NCBI RefSeq assembly: GCF_964355755.1
Contig: NC_092677.1
Location: forward strand, 15,894,101-15,958,100
Direction: 5' to 3'
Source: Antedon mediterranea
Lineage: Eukaryota > Animalia > Echinodermata
Length of the DNA stretch: 64,000 nucleotides
Part shown: positions 13,493-26,439 of the stretch, one piece after another
Position numbering within the stretch: the first letter of the stretch is position 1
Layout of the letters: each line of letters starts with the position of its first letter
The notes under the pieces: model-generated
Databases searched by the model: none
What the model was told of the DNA's origin: nothing
What the model saw: only the letters and a program-made list of their open reading frames with translations
Made by a program: the position numbers and the translations under genes

Positions 13493-13753
13493 AATTCCTT
13501 GGGTACTGGAATTTGACTAAATTAAGAATAATTTGCTACTGTAGTAATAGGCTATACTTTCACTTAATTAGAATTTATTTATATTAGGATCGTTAATGTG
13601 TGTATTTTATCTATATTTATGTACTGGATGTCTAAGGATGGATAAGCAAGCCTGCGAGCTACAGTTTTTGTTACCTTGTTTTAAATGTATTTCGATTTTA
13701 AAGGCTAAATAAAGAATGAATGAATTATATATATGGCTCTGCTGTGATACGGG

Positions 13754-14282
13754 TTGGGTAGGTTTGGCCAGTATGCGTACCTTTTTATGGCCAGCGGGCG
13801 TCCCGGATATTGCGCAATATGGCCAGCGGGCGTCCAATTATTGCACAATATTTTTTCAATGGCAGCGTCCGCTCCGTGCGTGTGAAATACGTACAATGCG
13901 ACAGAGGGCATATAATAATTAATTAATAATAAATGTAAATCATATTTTATAATGGCCTATATAATATGGTGAATTATAAACATCACAGGGACAAAACAAA
14001 TTCTAAACCAGACACAGAAAATAAAGGCCAAAAATTGAAACGCTTAAAAATGAAAACCGACTCTCTCCGCCGGCCGATGATCCCCATAGCTATCCACACA
14101 TAACTATCCACGCAGCCCGGTCCGTGGCCGGCTGGCATCTCGCGCGGAAAATTTAAATATAACGCCCTCTGTCGCATTGTACGTATTTCACACGCACAGA
14201 CGCTGCCATTAAAAATATATTGCGCAATAATTGGACGCCCGCTGGCCATAAAAAGGTACGCATACCGGCCAAACCTACCCAA
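13754..14282. mobile_element. MITE-like inverted-repeat element
   Basis: TTGGGTAGGTTTGGCC...GCGACAGAGGGC (13754-13910) is inverted at about 14163-14282; GC-rich relative to flanks; no clear TSD. Confidence 0.7.
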
Positions 14283-14611
14283 AGAATATAAATAGGTAAA
14301 GAATCAACAGTACGCGCTATTATATATACAGTAGAAGGATAGGAAACGCGGACGTGCTTTCATGGACGCGTAAGAATCCAGCAGCCGAACGACGGCGGGC
14401 TCTAGATATGGTTCCCGTCTAATTCCACGTTTTTTTTTTGTTTTTTTTTTAAAACCATATTTAATGAGGGTGATCCATCCAGCAATTGCTGATCATTATG
14501 GACCCTCAGAGGTTCACAAGACAAACATTATATACAAGATGCTTTACATAAACAAAGTCTTATTACAAGTCTTTTGGAGTGGAATTGTAATTTAGTCTTT
14601 TGAAAAAATCC

Positions 14612-14688
14612 TGACAAACATGGACGGGACTTGACCCCAGGACCCTTGGATTGGTAGCCAAGCATCATAACCACCAAGCCACAACTCC
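14612..14688 (-). mobile_element. tRNA-derived SINE head (degenerate)
   Basis: Minus strand GAGTTGTGGCTTGGTGGTTATGATGC...GGGGTCAAGTCCC: A-box- and B-box-like motifs at tRNA spacing. Confidence 0.55.
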
Positions 14689-15819
14689 ACTTTACGTTTG
14701 GATGGATCGTGATGATCTGATGTGTTCTCGCGTCTGTGCTCTACTAATTTTGATATTACAGTATTAATATTTTTGATAATCATTTTGATAAATAATCATC
14801 GTTTGCATTTTTATAGATAGTTTTACCTTACCCACGCCTGAAGGTGGCGCACCTTCAGGCGTAGACAAATAGTAACTCGGATGTGGTTTACGCCGCCAAC
14901 GGAACTGTTGTATCTTCTCCTTTTATCTTTGACCTACCCAACCTAGTCTGGGTTCCAGACGGAGTTTTGTCTTAATATTATTACCGTAGTAGTAAAAAGA
15001 AAAATATTTTGGCACATATGGCGTTTCATACGTATACTACTTGATTTCAGACAAAAATCGCGGTCCGAGTAAAAACAAATAAATTAAAAAAAAGATAATA
15101 CAGACTTGGGGCAAGTCTATACCCAACCCTGTAGTCTGCATGCTGTTCACCCACGATTAAAGTTGTAACCGCCGCGCAGCGGGTGAATGTTTTAAATTGG
15201 GTTAGACGAGGTGCGAAAGTGCGCTAACGCCCTAAAAAATCCATAAAAGATACGTCTACTTAATTAAAAATAAGGATGATTATTTTAAACAATGACTTTT
15301 TAACTCCACAGGCTGTAAACATTGACGATTCAATGGAGGAGGATGATGACGATACAACAGAAGACCTTGTAGGCCTAGAAATATAATGCATACTGTACTG
15401 GCAGTGGTAGTGATGAGGCTATGATTCTATGAGGAAACCATACAATTAACTCTAAAATTAAAAAAAAGACGCCGCCAACGTCGAGCGCTATATCTTTCTA
15501 TAATTTATTATCTTTTACACTGTATTATAAATTGCACCCTCTACTATATTTTAATTTTTAACTTATATATCTAGAACCACCCACCCAGCCGTACTCTTTC
15601 TTAAAGCCTACAGTATTGTTATTTGTAAAATAATTAAATATTAATAAAACCATAATAAAGTATTTTATTTCAATGATAATGATGGTAATTTGAATTGTGT
15701 GCGTTGTCCGTTTGTAAAACAATTAAAGCAATCCAACAAATGTGTGAAAAATAAAACAAACTAATATGTTCAGAACACCAGTAATCTTTTAAAGTAAATT
15801 ACCAAACATATACCAAACA

Positions 15820-17125
15820 AAAAAGGTCCACATTCCACGTTAACCTAACGTTATTTTATCTTATTTAATAAAGTTCAACAAAACATTAAACTAAATGATA
15901 TAACGTTCTAACAACCTTGTTTGAATGTTAAAACAAACATTAGTTATAACGTTCGGCGAACCCAAAAATAGTTCCACGTTTTCACGTCATCTTAACGATA
16001 TTTTAAACCATTCAAATAATGTATAAACAAAACATTCAAGTAAGGTTTTTTAAAGGTTATTTTTAATTTCAAAGGTAACGTTACACAAACGTTATTTAAA
16101 TGTTAAAGCTAACGTTCGCTATAACGTTCAATTACCTAAAACAATGATCCACATTTTAACGTCATCCTAACGTTATTTTTACATTACTCACAACGTTTCA
16201 ACAAAACATCTATATAACGTTTTTTAACAGTTATTTATAATGTAATATATAACTTTCTAAAAATGTTAAGTGAATGTTAAAGCTAACGTTAGTTCTAACG
16301 TTCAATTAACCAATAAAAGGGTCCACATTTTAACGTTATCTTAACGTTATTTTTACATTATTCACGAAATGTTTCAGAAAAAACATTCATATAACGTTTT
16401 TTAACAGTTATTTGTAATGTAATATATAACTTTCTAAAAATGTTAAGCGAATGTTAAAGCTAACGTTAGCTCTAACGTTCAATTAACCAAAAAAAGGGTC
16501 CACATTTTAACGTCATCTTAACGTTATTTTTACATTATTCACATAACGTTTCAGAAAAACATTCATATAACGTTTTTTAACAGTTATTTGTAATGTAATA
16601 TATAACTTTCTAAAAATGTTAATTGAATGTTAAAGCTAACGTTAGTTCTAACGTTCAATTAACCAAAAAAAGGGTCCACATTTTAACGTCATCTTAACGT
16701 TATTTTTACATTATTCACATAACGTTTCAGAAAAACATTAATATAACGTTTTTTAACAGTTAGTTTTAATGTAATAAATAACATTCTAACAATGTTAATT
16801 GAATGTTAAAACCAACGTTAGTTATAACATTCGATTAACCAGAAAAAGGGTCCACACTTTTACGTTATCCTAACGTTATTTTTATACCGTTCAAATTACG
16901 TTCAAACAAAACATTCAAGTAACATTTTTTAAAGGTTACTTTTAATGTCAGAAATAACGTTATACAAACGTTTGTTAAATGTTAAAACTAACGTTAGTTA
17001 TAACGTTCGATTAACAAAAAAAAGGGTCCACACTTTCACGTCATCCTAACATTATCTTATAACATTCATATAACGTCATGGAAACATTCATATAACGTTC
17101 TGCAAACGTTATATTGTTTGCTGGG
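15820..17125. mobile_element. Right end of an EnSpm/CACTA-type element with about 176-bp subterminal tandem repeats
   Basis: About 8 units starting (G)TCCAC at ~15826, 15972, 16147, 16321, 16498, 16674, 16850, 17026, rich in AACGTT; array ends TGTTTGCTGGG (reverse complement CCCAGCAAACA, a terminus typical of animal EnSpm elements). Confidence 0.7.
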
Positions 17126-17694
17126 AGTTAACAGTACCAGTCCAACGGCTCGAAAATATTTCTCCGGACAGTAGCGTATACCATGGATTAATACGGTTAT
17201 ACATTACAATGTCAGACTTTAAATTCAATTCAACCTACCTGATGTTTGTCATTCGTTGCTGGATGCAGACGTGACGATCAGATGCAAACCATTTAACATT
17301 ATTCGGAAGCTTTTCATCCATTACTTTGATTTCGATAGTCATGCATTTCATCCAGTGTTCTGAAGCTGATGAAATCTTGAAGTCAGCAGGCTCTACATCG
17401 TTGTTATCTTTGTTCGTGCTGTCAAATCTTGGTGGTTGATAATAAGATGTCAGTGAAGAGAGGTTTAGGCTAGAAAGACTTGAGCAATATCCATTGGTCG
17501 TAAGGATGTTTCTATCCCTTCTATCTGGTGTGTATCCAATTGCCGGTACATTATTGATAACGTCCAGGAAGCACCATTTTCTTATCCAGTTAAGAGCTAC
17601 CATTGTTGAGTCAGGTTCGCCGTGTCTACGTCCAAAAGGCACGTTCATCCAGAATAAGAAGATCTCTTGCAAATCCACTTATCATGTAGGGGTT

Positions 17695-17901
17695 GAACAG
17701 GACCCAGCGAACTGGGGATAGAGGAAGGACGGCAACAAATTTAGTCCAGCTTGGAGTTCATTGCCGGAACTTGCAGATGTCACAAAGGTTTTAATTCGCT
17801 GTTGACACACCGACTGTGATCTTGGATGCTGTAAATGCAGAAAGAGTGATTTACGATGTACAGAGCTGTGTGGTTGCCAGAGAAAATGTGACCTACAATA
17901 A
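17695..17901 (+). pseudogene. Cys-rich C-terminus of an Academ transposase (two in-frame stops)
   Basis: Frame 1: EQDPANWG*RKDGNKFSPAWSSLPELADVTKVLIRC*HTDCDLGCCKCRKSDLRCTELCGCQRKCDLQ*. Confidence 0.75.
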
Positions 17902-17959
17902 GTGTCCGTGTTAAATGTAATTATGAACATAAACAAATAGTGTAAAGCCAGTACGGGTT

Positions 17960-18861
17960 GAGCTACATTCAAAATGGCCGCCATGCAATCAAAGACGTTA
18001 TACTAATATGTTTGTTGACCTCAATACTATATTATACTTTGTACCTAAAAGTATAACTGTAGGTACCGTACTGAAACATTTTGAGTTCGCCATTTTGAAA
18101 TTCAAAATGGCCGCCATGCAATCAAAATGTCAGTTAAATACCAATGTGTTTGGTTACCCATTACCATATAATTGGCACCTAAAATCAGAACTCTCTGTAC
18201 TTTTTTAGCAGAGATACATAAAAAGTGAAAATTTGAAGTGTGAAAATTTGAAATCCAAAATGGCCGCCATGCAATCAAAATGTTAGTTATACCAATATGG
18301 TTGGTGACCCCATTAACATATAACTTGCACCTAAAATCAGAACTCTAGGTGCCTTTTTAGCAGAGATATACCTGAAAAATGAAAATTTGAAATCCGCCAT
18401 TTTGAAATCCAACATGGCCGCCATGGAATCAAAATGTTAGTTATACCAGTATGTTTGGTGACCCCACTACCATTTAATTTGCACCTGAAATCAGAACTCT
18501 AGTTGCCTCTTTAGCAGAGATATACCTAAAAAGTGAAAAAGTGAAAATTTGAAGTCCGCCATTTTGAAATCCAAAATGGCCGCCATGCAATTAAAATGTT
18601 AGTTATACCAATATGTTTGGTGACCTCATTACCATATAATTTGCACCTAAATTCAGAACTCTAGGTGCCTATTTAGCAGAGATATACCTGAAAAGTGAAC
18701 AATTTGGGTCCGCCATTTTGAAATCCAAAATGGCGGCTTTCCCCTGACCAAATTTTGCGCAACCCTTCCATTTCATATTTTTGACACCCTAATGAATAAC
18801 TGTGCAAAGTTTCAGAATGTTATCACAATTTGAAGGATTGGGTCACTTAACAGGCCTACTA
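17960..18861. mobile_element. Right arm of an Academ element with about 155-bp subterminal tandem repeats
   Basis: About 5 units containing GCCATTTTGAAATCCAAAATGGCCGCCATG (~18105, 18258, 18412, 18574, 18727); ends ...CAGGCCTACTA (5'-TAG terminus on the other strand); directly follows the Cys-rich ORF remnant. Confidence 0.7.
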
Positions 18862-18886
18862 TATAAGCTTTGTGCATTAAGCGCTG

Positions 18887-20800
18887 TGTTACAACCGCTA
18901 ATGTAGAAAACGCCAGCTAATGTCGAAACAACCGTTAATGTAGAACAACCAACACAGTGGGAAAGCCACTTCGCGTTTTGACCGTTAAATCGTGTAAAAT
19001 CGACTTACTTCCGCATTGACGATTTTGAAGCGCCACCTATCGTTGAAAACTGAAACCACGATTTTTCGTTGCCTAGCAAATAAGTGCTGTTTTATTTTAA
19101 GTTCTCAAGAATATTTAAGAACCGCCCAACATTACTTATTATGGTAAAAGCATTTCCTAATAAGTATAATTGAATAACCAATCGGTTTTCTTCAAAGAAA
19201 CCGAAGCTAATACAATACATTCGGCGACTGAAGTCGGGACTCGTGAAATTTATAAATGTGGTACGATTTGACTACTGTTTTGTTGTCCATTTTCTGAATA
19301 GTCGGAGGTGCATCCCAACAAATTAAAAAAATTGTAATCAATTGTTTTATCAAGAATAATATTAGTTTAATCGAGTATGATATATTTCTATCCTGTTCAA
19401 AATGTGTTGGTGTATTCTCAGGCCTCGAAAGGTAGGTACATTTTCTAGCTGTGAGCGTGGTTTCGGCAACGCGAGACACGTGTGTCAGTATAGGCGATAG
19501 CGAGACGTGTGTTGGTACTGTGTTGATGCTGATCCGATAGTCGTTAAGTTGTACTGATTACGAGTATCATTGGTCCTGGCCGGCCTAGCCTGGTGATCTG
19601 ATCCCCCCCAAAAAATACTTTTTTTCAATCAGTATTAATATTATTTTATTTTTCATTTATTATTTGATTTATTAGGCTCAATAGATGCCTAGCTAGGCTA
19701 CTAGTAGGCCTAGATTATATAAATAATAATAGTAAATACTGTAATTTAATTAATAAAATACAGCTTCCATTTGCCTTACTTTTATGTCATCATATAATAT
19801 TATAATTATATATACAACCAGACATTAACATTTTTTTAAAATAATATTTATTATTTTTTCTGACACTTTCAGGAATCGTTGATGATGCAGAGTTCTTTGT
19901 CTTTGTGACTTCAAACTGAGAGTGAAGTGGATAAAAAGATGACACCTGTACCTACCGACATTGTCATACCCAAACTATAATTTAATTATTTAAAACAAAA
20001 TGTTGAATTACAAATATATATGTATGTTGCAGAGGATTTAGATGAATTACAATACAAATATTTATGTTGAATGCAAACCTACTACACTATACTCTGTAAA
20101 TGATGTTATTGTCATGTGGTAGACCTTAAAAATTGAATATTTATTGTATGTTAGGCCTATTTTATATTTTATTAATACTTTATTAGTTTAATATTACTAT
20201 TAATTTATATTATACAGTACTAGGCCCCTAGGCCTAGTTTGTACATGTTTTTACCCCAAAAAAATGAATAAATAATTTGTTATTCAATCTAATTGCTTGT
20301 TTGTTCATCAATAACAAAACAATTGTAAGCAAGTATATAACAGTTCTTGTTAGCCGCTTATTTCAGGTCATATTATTAATATTAGCTAGGCCCGACGCGC
20401 CCGATCACAACGTCACTAAGTGTTAAAAAGCGGTCCCTTAACAGAGATGGTAGCTTATTACGATGTGTGGTCATTTTAGAAAGTTGGTTGCTTACGAGAG
20501 GTGGAAAGACTGATAGCTAAGTAAAGATCGATGCATTTGCACATGAATTAGACATTTTTGTAAAATATATAACATTTTCTACATTAGCTGGCGATAGTAA
20601 CTACATAAGCTGGGAGGCAATTTTCGTTACTACATAAGCTGTTGACTGTTTCTGCATTAGCTGGTGTTGATTTTTATTTACTACATAAGCTGTTGGTGTT
20701 TCTACATAAGCTGGAGGTTTTACTACATAAGCGGTGGATTGTTCTACATTAACGGTTGTTTCGACATTAGCTGGCGTTTTCTACATTAGCGGTTGTAACA
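18887..20800. mobile_element. Non-autonomous Ginger-like (TGT...ACA) DNA transposon, 5-bp TSD
   Basis: About 60-bp TIRs TGTTACAACCGCTAATGTAGAAAACGCCAGC...; TSD CGCTG at 18882-18886 and 20801-20805; paralogous empty site GCATTAAG-CGCTG-TAAAAGGTCGAC at about 21893-21917; subterminal CTACAT(T/A)AGCTG repeats. Confidence 0.8.
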
Positions 20801-20826
20801 CGCTGTATAAGGTCGACGTATTAATA

Positions 20827-21271
20827 TTTACCTCCGCCAAGGAGGTATATGTATATTGTAGTCGATCGCGTGTGTCTTTTTGCAGTAGTATTTACTTTGT
20901 TTGTTTGTTTGTTAGCACGATAGCGGCTACAGTTTTCAAGTTATCATTCGGGATTTTCGGTGTAGGTAGGTATAATATACTTAATGAAAATAAACAAAAT
21001 TGTTTTATTAATAACTTCACAAATAACAAAAATGATATTATTGTCAGACCGGCTAGTGTTAAAAGATATGAGACAATTTTCAAAAGCCGGTGAGCAGTTT
21101 TAAAGTAACACGTAAACTGAAATTACATTTTCTCGAAAACTACTTGTTCAAAAAACCTCATTTTTGGACAAGAAGCAAGGGTTATAATTTGTGATTTGTA
21201 ATTTTAAAACAAAAATTGATTCAATGTACCGGCTTTTTCATACGAGTAGTTCTAAAAAACCTATTTCTTTT
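20827..21271 (+). mobile_element. Helentron-associated (HINE/DINE-1-like) non-autonomous element, copy 1
   Basis: TTTACCTCCGCCAAGGAGGT 5' hairpin followed by a (GTTT)n microsatellite; repeated 1100 bp downstream. Confidence 0.55.
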
Positions 21272-21365
21272 CAAATTCACCCGTTTGTTTTTGTCGTTGC
21301 TGTTCTATTGTTATTCAAATTAAACTATTGTTAGATCAAAGTCAATGTTTATAAAAATGTTAAAC

Positions 21366-21391
21366 CATAGAGATATTATAATATCTCTATG
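21366..21391. other. Perfect 26-bp CATAG palindrome with perfect 7-bp flanking repeat (putative P-type footprint)
   Basis: GTTAAAC-CATAGAGATATTATAATATCTCTATG-GTTAAAC. Confidence 0.7.
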
Positions 21392-21926
21392 GTTAAACAT
21401 AAAAACAAAACAAAAATTGTTTGGAAAAAAAAGATATTAAAAGAAATTGACAGTATACTGGTCTGGAAGTTATTTGAATAAATAAATGTATTGTTGGTAG
21501 TAAATAATGTAAAATGAAAGACAAAAGACACAAAAAGCACATCTTTTATTTATTTTTTGTCCATTAGGAAAGTTCAGTTATCGAAAGCATATATACATAT
21601 TCAACGAACTAATATTCACGAACAAGGCAAAATATAGTGCATTAACAGGTAGTCCAAAGCGGTTAACAGGCAATTTTACCTTGAACAATATAATCTCATT
21701 ATCCTACAAGCTGTTAGTCTTTGTACAATTTCTATGCACGTATTATAGGCCTACTCAAATAAGACAAAATTGCTACCAAACCTTATTCATCCAATAGAAA
21801 AAAATACTTTTACAGAAAAACACACACAAAAAAAGTTGATCATGACAGATATAAAAGGGGGGTAATAAATGTAAATGGCTTATAAGCTTTGTGCATTAAG
21901 CGCTGTAAAAGGTCGACGTATTAATA

Positions 21927-23011
21927 TTTACCTCCGCCAAGGAGGTAGTATGTATTCGATCGCGTGTGTCTTTTTACAGTAGTATTTACTTTGTTTGTAT
22001 GTTTGTTAGCACGATAGCGGCTACAGTTTTCAAGTTATCATTCGGGATTTTCGGTTTAGGTAGGTATACTTATTGAAATTCAAAAAATTGGTTTATTAAT
22101 AACTTCACAAATAATAAAAATGATTTTTTTTTTCAGACCGGCTAGTGTTAAAAGATAGGAGACAATTTTCAAAAGCAGGTGAACAGGCTTAAAGTAACAA
22201 GTAAACTGAAATTGCATTTTCTCGAGAACTACCTGTCCAAAAAACCTTATTTTTTGACAAGAGGCGAGAATTAAGAATTATAAATTGTGATTTGTAATTT
22301 TCAAAACATAATTTGATTTAATGTACATGTTTATTGATACGAGTAGTTTTAACAAACCTATTTCTTTTTATTTATAATGTTCTTTCAATTTCATTGCAAA
22401 TATATTAGTATTTTCAAGATGAACTACAGAGTCCTTAATTTCATTTGGTAGATTTGACCATAAGCGTGGAAACTCATTTATAGAGGAGTGTTTTAGTACG
22501 TCTATACGAGCATAGTGGTGTTTAACTGTTAGAAAATCTGGGTATCGTGGATTTATATCAGTGTTTGATACAATGAGACACTCCTCTAACATTATTCTGG
22601 TCAATCTTGATTTTAGAAAGGTCATTGTTGCAATGCCGGGATTGTTTGTATTAAAATTATTTAAACACATTATTTTTAACCAATACATTAATCAGTAGAT
22701 ATATTTTGCCAAATACTTTAATTTGTATGGTTGTATGTTTGTTAGCTTGATAGCGCCTACAGTTTTGAAGTTTTTATTCTGAATTGTTTTGGTGTAGGTA
22801 TATACTTTCAGACCACGCCTATTGAAAATCAAGACAATTGGTTTATTTCAAAACATAATTTGATTTAATTTACAGGTTTTTTTTATTAGAGTAGTTTAAA
22901 AAAACCTATTTCATATGTCTTCTGGAAAATAAATGAATTGAATTGAATTGAAATTCACCCGTTTGTTTTCGCGTTGCTGCTCTATTGTTATTCAAATTAA
23001 TCTATTGTTAG
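21927..23011 (+). mobile_element. HINE-like element copy 2 plus partial copy 3, interrupted by a LINE fragment
   Basis: Diverged direct repeat of 20827-21335; third partial copy at about 22722-22910. Confidence 0.55.
22368..22688 (-). mobile_element. LINE ORF2 C-terminal fragment (CR1/L2-like)
   Basis: ORF ...KHHYARIDVLKHSSINEFPRLWSNLPNEIK...FAMKLKEHYK matches the generic LINE ORF2 end (RxWNxLP...FKxxL). Confidence 0.7.
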
Positions 23012-23270
23012 TTGATAATTAGTATTTTAGTACCAGTGTATGTCCTTCCTGATTTCATTCTGTACATTTTGTACATAGTTATATACTTACAGAACATGCC
23101 AGTCTCGCTACACCTACATAATCTTATTTACACAGTGCTACGCAACACAATTGATTTACATTTAGTACACAATATTATTTAAACAAGCACGAATGTGCGA
23201 TACTCGGAGTACAGCAAAAGAAGCTGTAATGACGTCATAAGACGGGATGTGACGTCACATACACATCAAT

Positions 23271-23290
23271 CATGGAGGTATACCTCCATG
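23271..23290. other. Perfect 20-bp CATGG palindrome with perfect 7-bp flanking repeat (duplicated at 36627-36646)
   Basis: CATCAAT-CATGGAGGTATACCTCCATG-CATCAAT. Confidence 0.7.
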
Positions 23291-23753
23291 CATCAATAAC
23301 CTCGCTAACAAATATGGCTATACGGTACCATCTTCGAGACGTCATATGGCTGCATTCGGTTTGAAATTTAAAAATCCGGCTATAGCTTTAAGAACATGTC
23401 CCTTTAGTATATTCATGGCAAATACCAGCTCAATACTACAACGAATAAGGAAGGAGTAGTACTTTATAAATCGCACTTTTTTTCGATTGGTATCATGTTT
23501 ATGGCGTCATAATTCTGCATCCGGTTGAAATACGAACATGTTTCTCTCTATAACTTTGTTCATCTATTACCCTAGTAGTATTATATATATATATATATAT
23601 ATATTATATATTATATATATGCATGGCATGTTTCAGAGCCGTCAGACAACTACTAGTACTAGTAGGACTTGAATTGGCAAAAGTTGGCTCAATAGTGTCC
23701 AGATGGAAGAGAAGATGAGTCCTAGACTTGAGTACCCCCGAGTAAAAACCGGT

Positions 23754-25190
23754 CAGCGTTGCCAGCGATAAAATTTAAATTATGCCGTATCCTGTCTCAA
23801 ATAATGCCAGATTGGGAAAAATAATGCCAGATCCCCAAAATTTGGCCCTAAACAGCGCCACCAACGGTTGTATGTCTAATAAACATTTGTAAAACCCCAA
23901 CTAACACAAAATAGGGCCTAAATTGTATCCCTATGTCGTTCAAAAATTGTATTTTTAGTTTTGTGAGTAATAACTAATAATTCTAAAAATATCATCTGGG
24001 GTGCGAAAATGGTACTTGCAAATGAAACAAACACCAACCCACAAACCCTTCTCTCCCCCCCCCCCCAAAAAAAAAAACCTGTTACAGCCATGGAAATTTA
24101 GAATTTTTGAGCTGAAATATGAGAGCTGCTCGATCTTTGCACTTAATTTCAAATATGAAAGGATCTTAGCCCACCATAATTAGAAAATGGCAATTATAAT
24201 TTAAAATAGGAAATAAAAATATATATTAAGTGTCTCCAGGACCTCAGCCCCACCATGGTTGATAAGAAAATTTTGAAAAATGCTGATTTAAATGCCACTT
24301 AATTTAAAATATGAAATAAAAATATATTTATTAGTGTCTCCGGGATCTTAGCCCACCATAGTTCGAAAATGGCAATTATAATTGAAAATAGGGAATCAAA
24401 ATATATATTAAGTGTCTCCAGGACTCAGCCCCACCATGGTTGGGGTGAGGTAAAAAAAATGGAAAAATAGAGCTGCTCGATGAGCGGAAATGGCACTTAA
24501 TATAAAAATTACCTCGCCCACATGGTCACTACTGGGGCTGAGAGGTGAAGAACATTTGGAAAAATAGGGTTGCTACGATGATGCAAATGGAACATAATTT
24601 GAAATATGGAAAACAAATTCTCCTAGAAGAAATTCTTTTTAAAATTAGAGCTTCTAATTAGTTACTGGAAATTGCCATTTCAAGGGTTGGGGTAGAGGTG
24701 CGGCCACTTATAATTATGAACTGAAACAACAAAACCCCTTTCATAATGTTTTCGTTCAATTGTCTCTATATCTAGGGATCCAATAACCTGCATGGTCTCT
24801 GAAATAGAGCAACATAATTGGCCAATAGCTAGCCTCTTCGGATTTGTTGTGCTGCCTATATCGCAACACGGTAGTTTTCGAGCAGCCTTCCTATCCGAAG
24901 AGTCTATTTAAGTCCGAAACAAAAGGATGGAAGAACTATTGTACGGAAAACCCGAACAGATCTGTTTTGTACAATATGATATTGTGTAAGGTGATATGTA
25001 TTAAATTGCAAGATTAAACAAAATATTTTATTTTTGTTCTGTGGTATATTATTTTTTTGGTTGTTCAAAAAACACAAAATTATGCCAGATTATGCTAAAA
25101 ACGGCTAAATAATGCCGCGGCATTATGCCAGATGCCGTGGGCCTCCAAATAATGCCAAAAAGCATAATAATGCCAGAAATGGCAACTATG
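23754..25190. mobile_element. Non-autonomous hAT element, 8-bp TSD
   Basis: Termini CAGCGTTGCCA / TGGCAACTATG; TSD AAACCGGT at 23746-23753 and 25191-25198; a single AAACCGGT at the empty site in the duplicate (~37112); subterminal ATGCCAGA repeats. Confidence 0.9.
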
Positions 25191-25308
25191 AAACCGGTGC
25201 ATATTAAAGTTGGAATTTATTCTGACTTAGTTAGGCCTCCACTGATTGTGAGGGCGTTTGTTGTATGAGAGACTGTATCTGGTGGGTGAAAATCTGTGAT
25301 AATACCAT

Positions 25309-25379
25309 GGCTCTGTGGTCTAGTGGTATGATACTCACCCTGTAAACGTAGGTCACAGGTTCTAATCCCGCCAGACACA
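25309..25379 (+). mobile_element. tRNA-derived SINE head / tRNA pseudogene (duplicated at about 37230-37300)
   Basis: GGCTCTGTGGTCTAGTGGTATGATACTC...CAGGTTCTAATCCCG: A and B boxes present, acceptor stem poor. Confidence 0.6.
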
Positions 25380-26439
25380 TACAACTAATAAAAAGCAAAT
25401 CAGGCAAAGAACAGTAATTCTAAACCGCACCGTGATATACTGAAATTGAATTAATTCATTTTAAACGATAAAGATTAGGAAATCTGTGAGAATGAGAAAA
25501 AGTCTCCCCAACCGAAACTCAAACTCGGACCGCCTGCATCAGGCACAGAATATTAAGCGTTTTTATATCATATTTAAAGAAAAAGGGGTCTTTTTTGTTT
25601 GTAAACAGTTGTATTCGATATAACTTAACGTAATTAAAACATTTAAATAAATTAACGATCGGTTTTTTTTTTTATTTACCCCTCTTTATAAAAAACCAAT
25701 TTTTTTTTTTTTATGTTAACCGTTAAACCCATGTGTCACGGTGCAAGGCTAATTTATTCATAAGACATTTTAGGTTAAAAACAGTATCACTAATTAATTT
25801 TTTTTTCTCAGTTATTTGCCTTTGGCGATGTTAAAGAGTCGCTACTTTTTCCAAAGTGATTAACCGGCGATTTCGCCTTCAACAATATTATCTCATTATA
25901 TCCTATAAGCTTTCTAAAATTTCAAGAGAGACAAAAAAGGGCTACCATCGTTCTCGATAAATAGAGACAATAACTTCAAAGCTAATTCATACTTTTGATC
26001 ATGACAAATAGAAAAGGTGTATGGTGTGTTACAATTGCAGCAGTGGACCATGAACATTCTTACTCAATCCCTAAAAAGCATTAAACGTTCCATTTCAGTA
26101 GGATTTTGGTGGAAATAAGGTGTCTGAGTGAGTAGACCTACTTCAAATTATCGTTATGTTTAATAGTATACAAAACGTACAAATAATGAATGATTATGAG
26201 TGTGATGGTACAAATAATTTCAAGAGATAAAGAGTAAACATGAAATTATTTATACTATAGCACGAATATAAAAACATTCATTATTTGTTTTAAATATTTT
26301 TTTATAACATCTAAAAGAGGAATTTACTGTCAGATTATAACTAAGACAATCTCTATTTTGATTAGTATCACTCAATTCTCTGTTTTGAAAGATTAGTTTA
26401 TTACTTTGTTTCACATCATGTTTCATATGTTTTGAGTCT

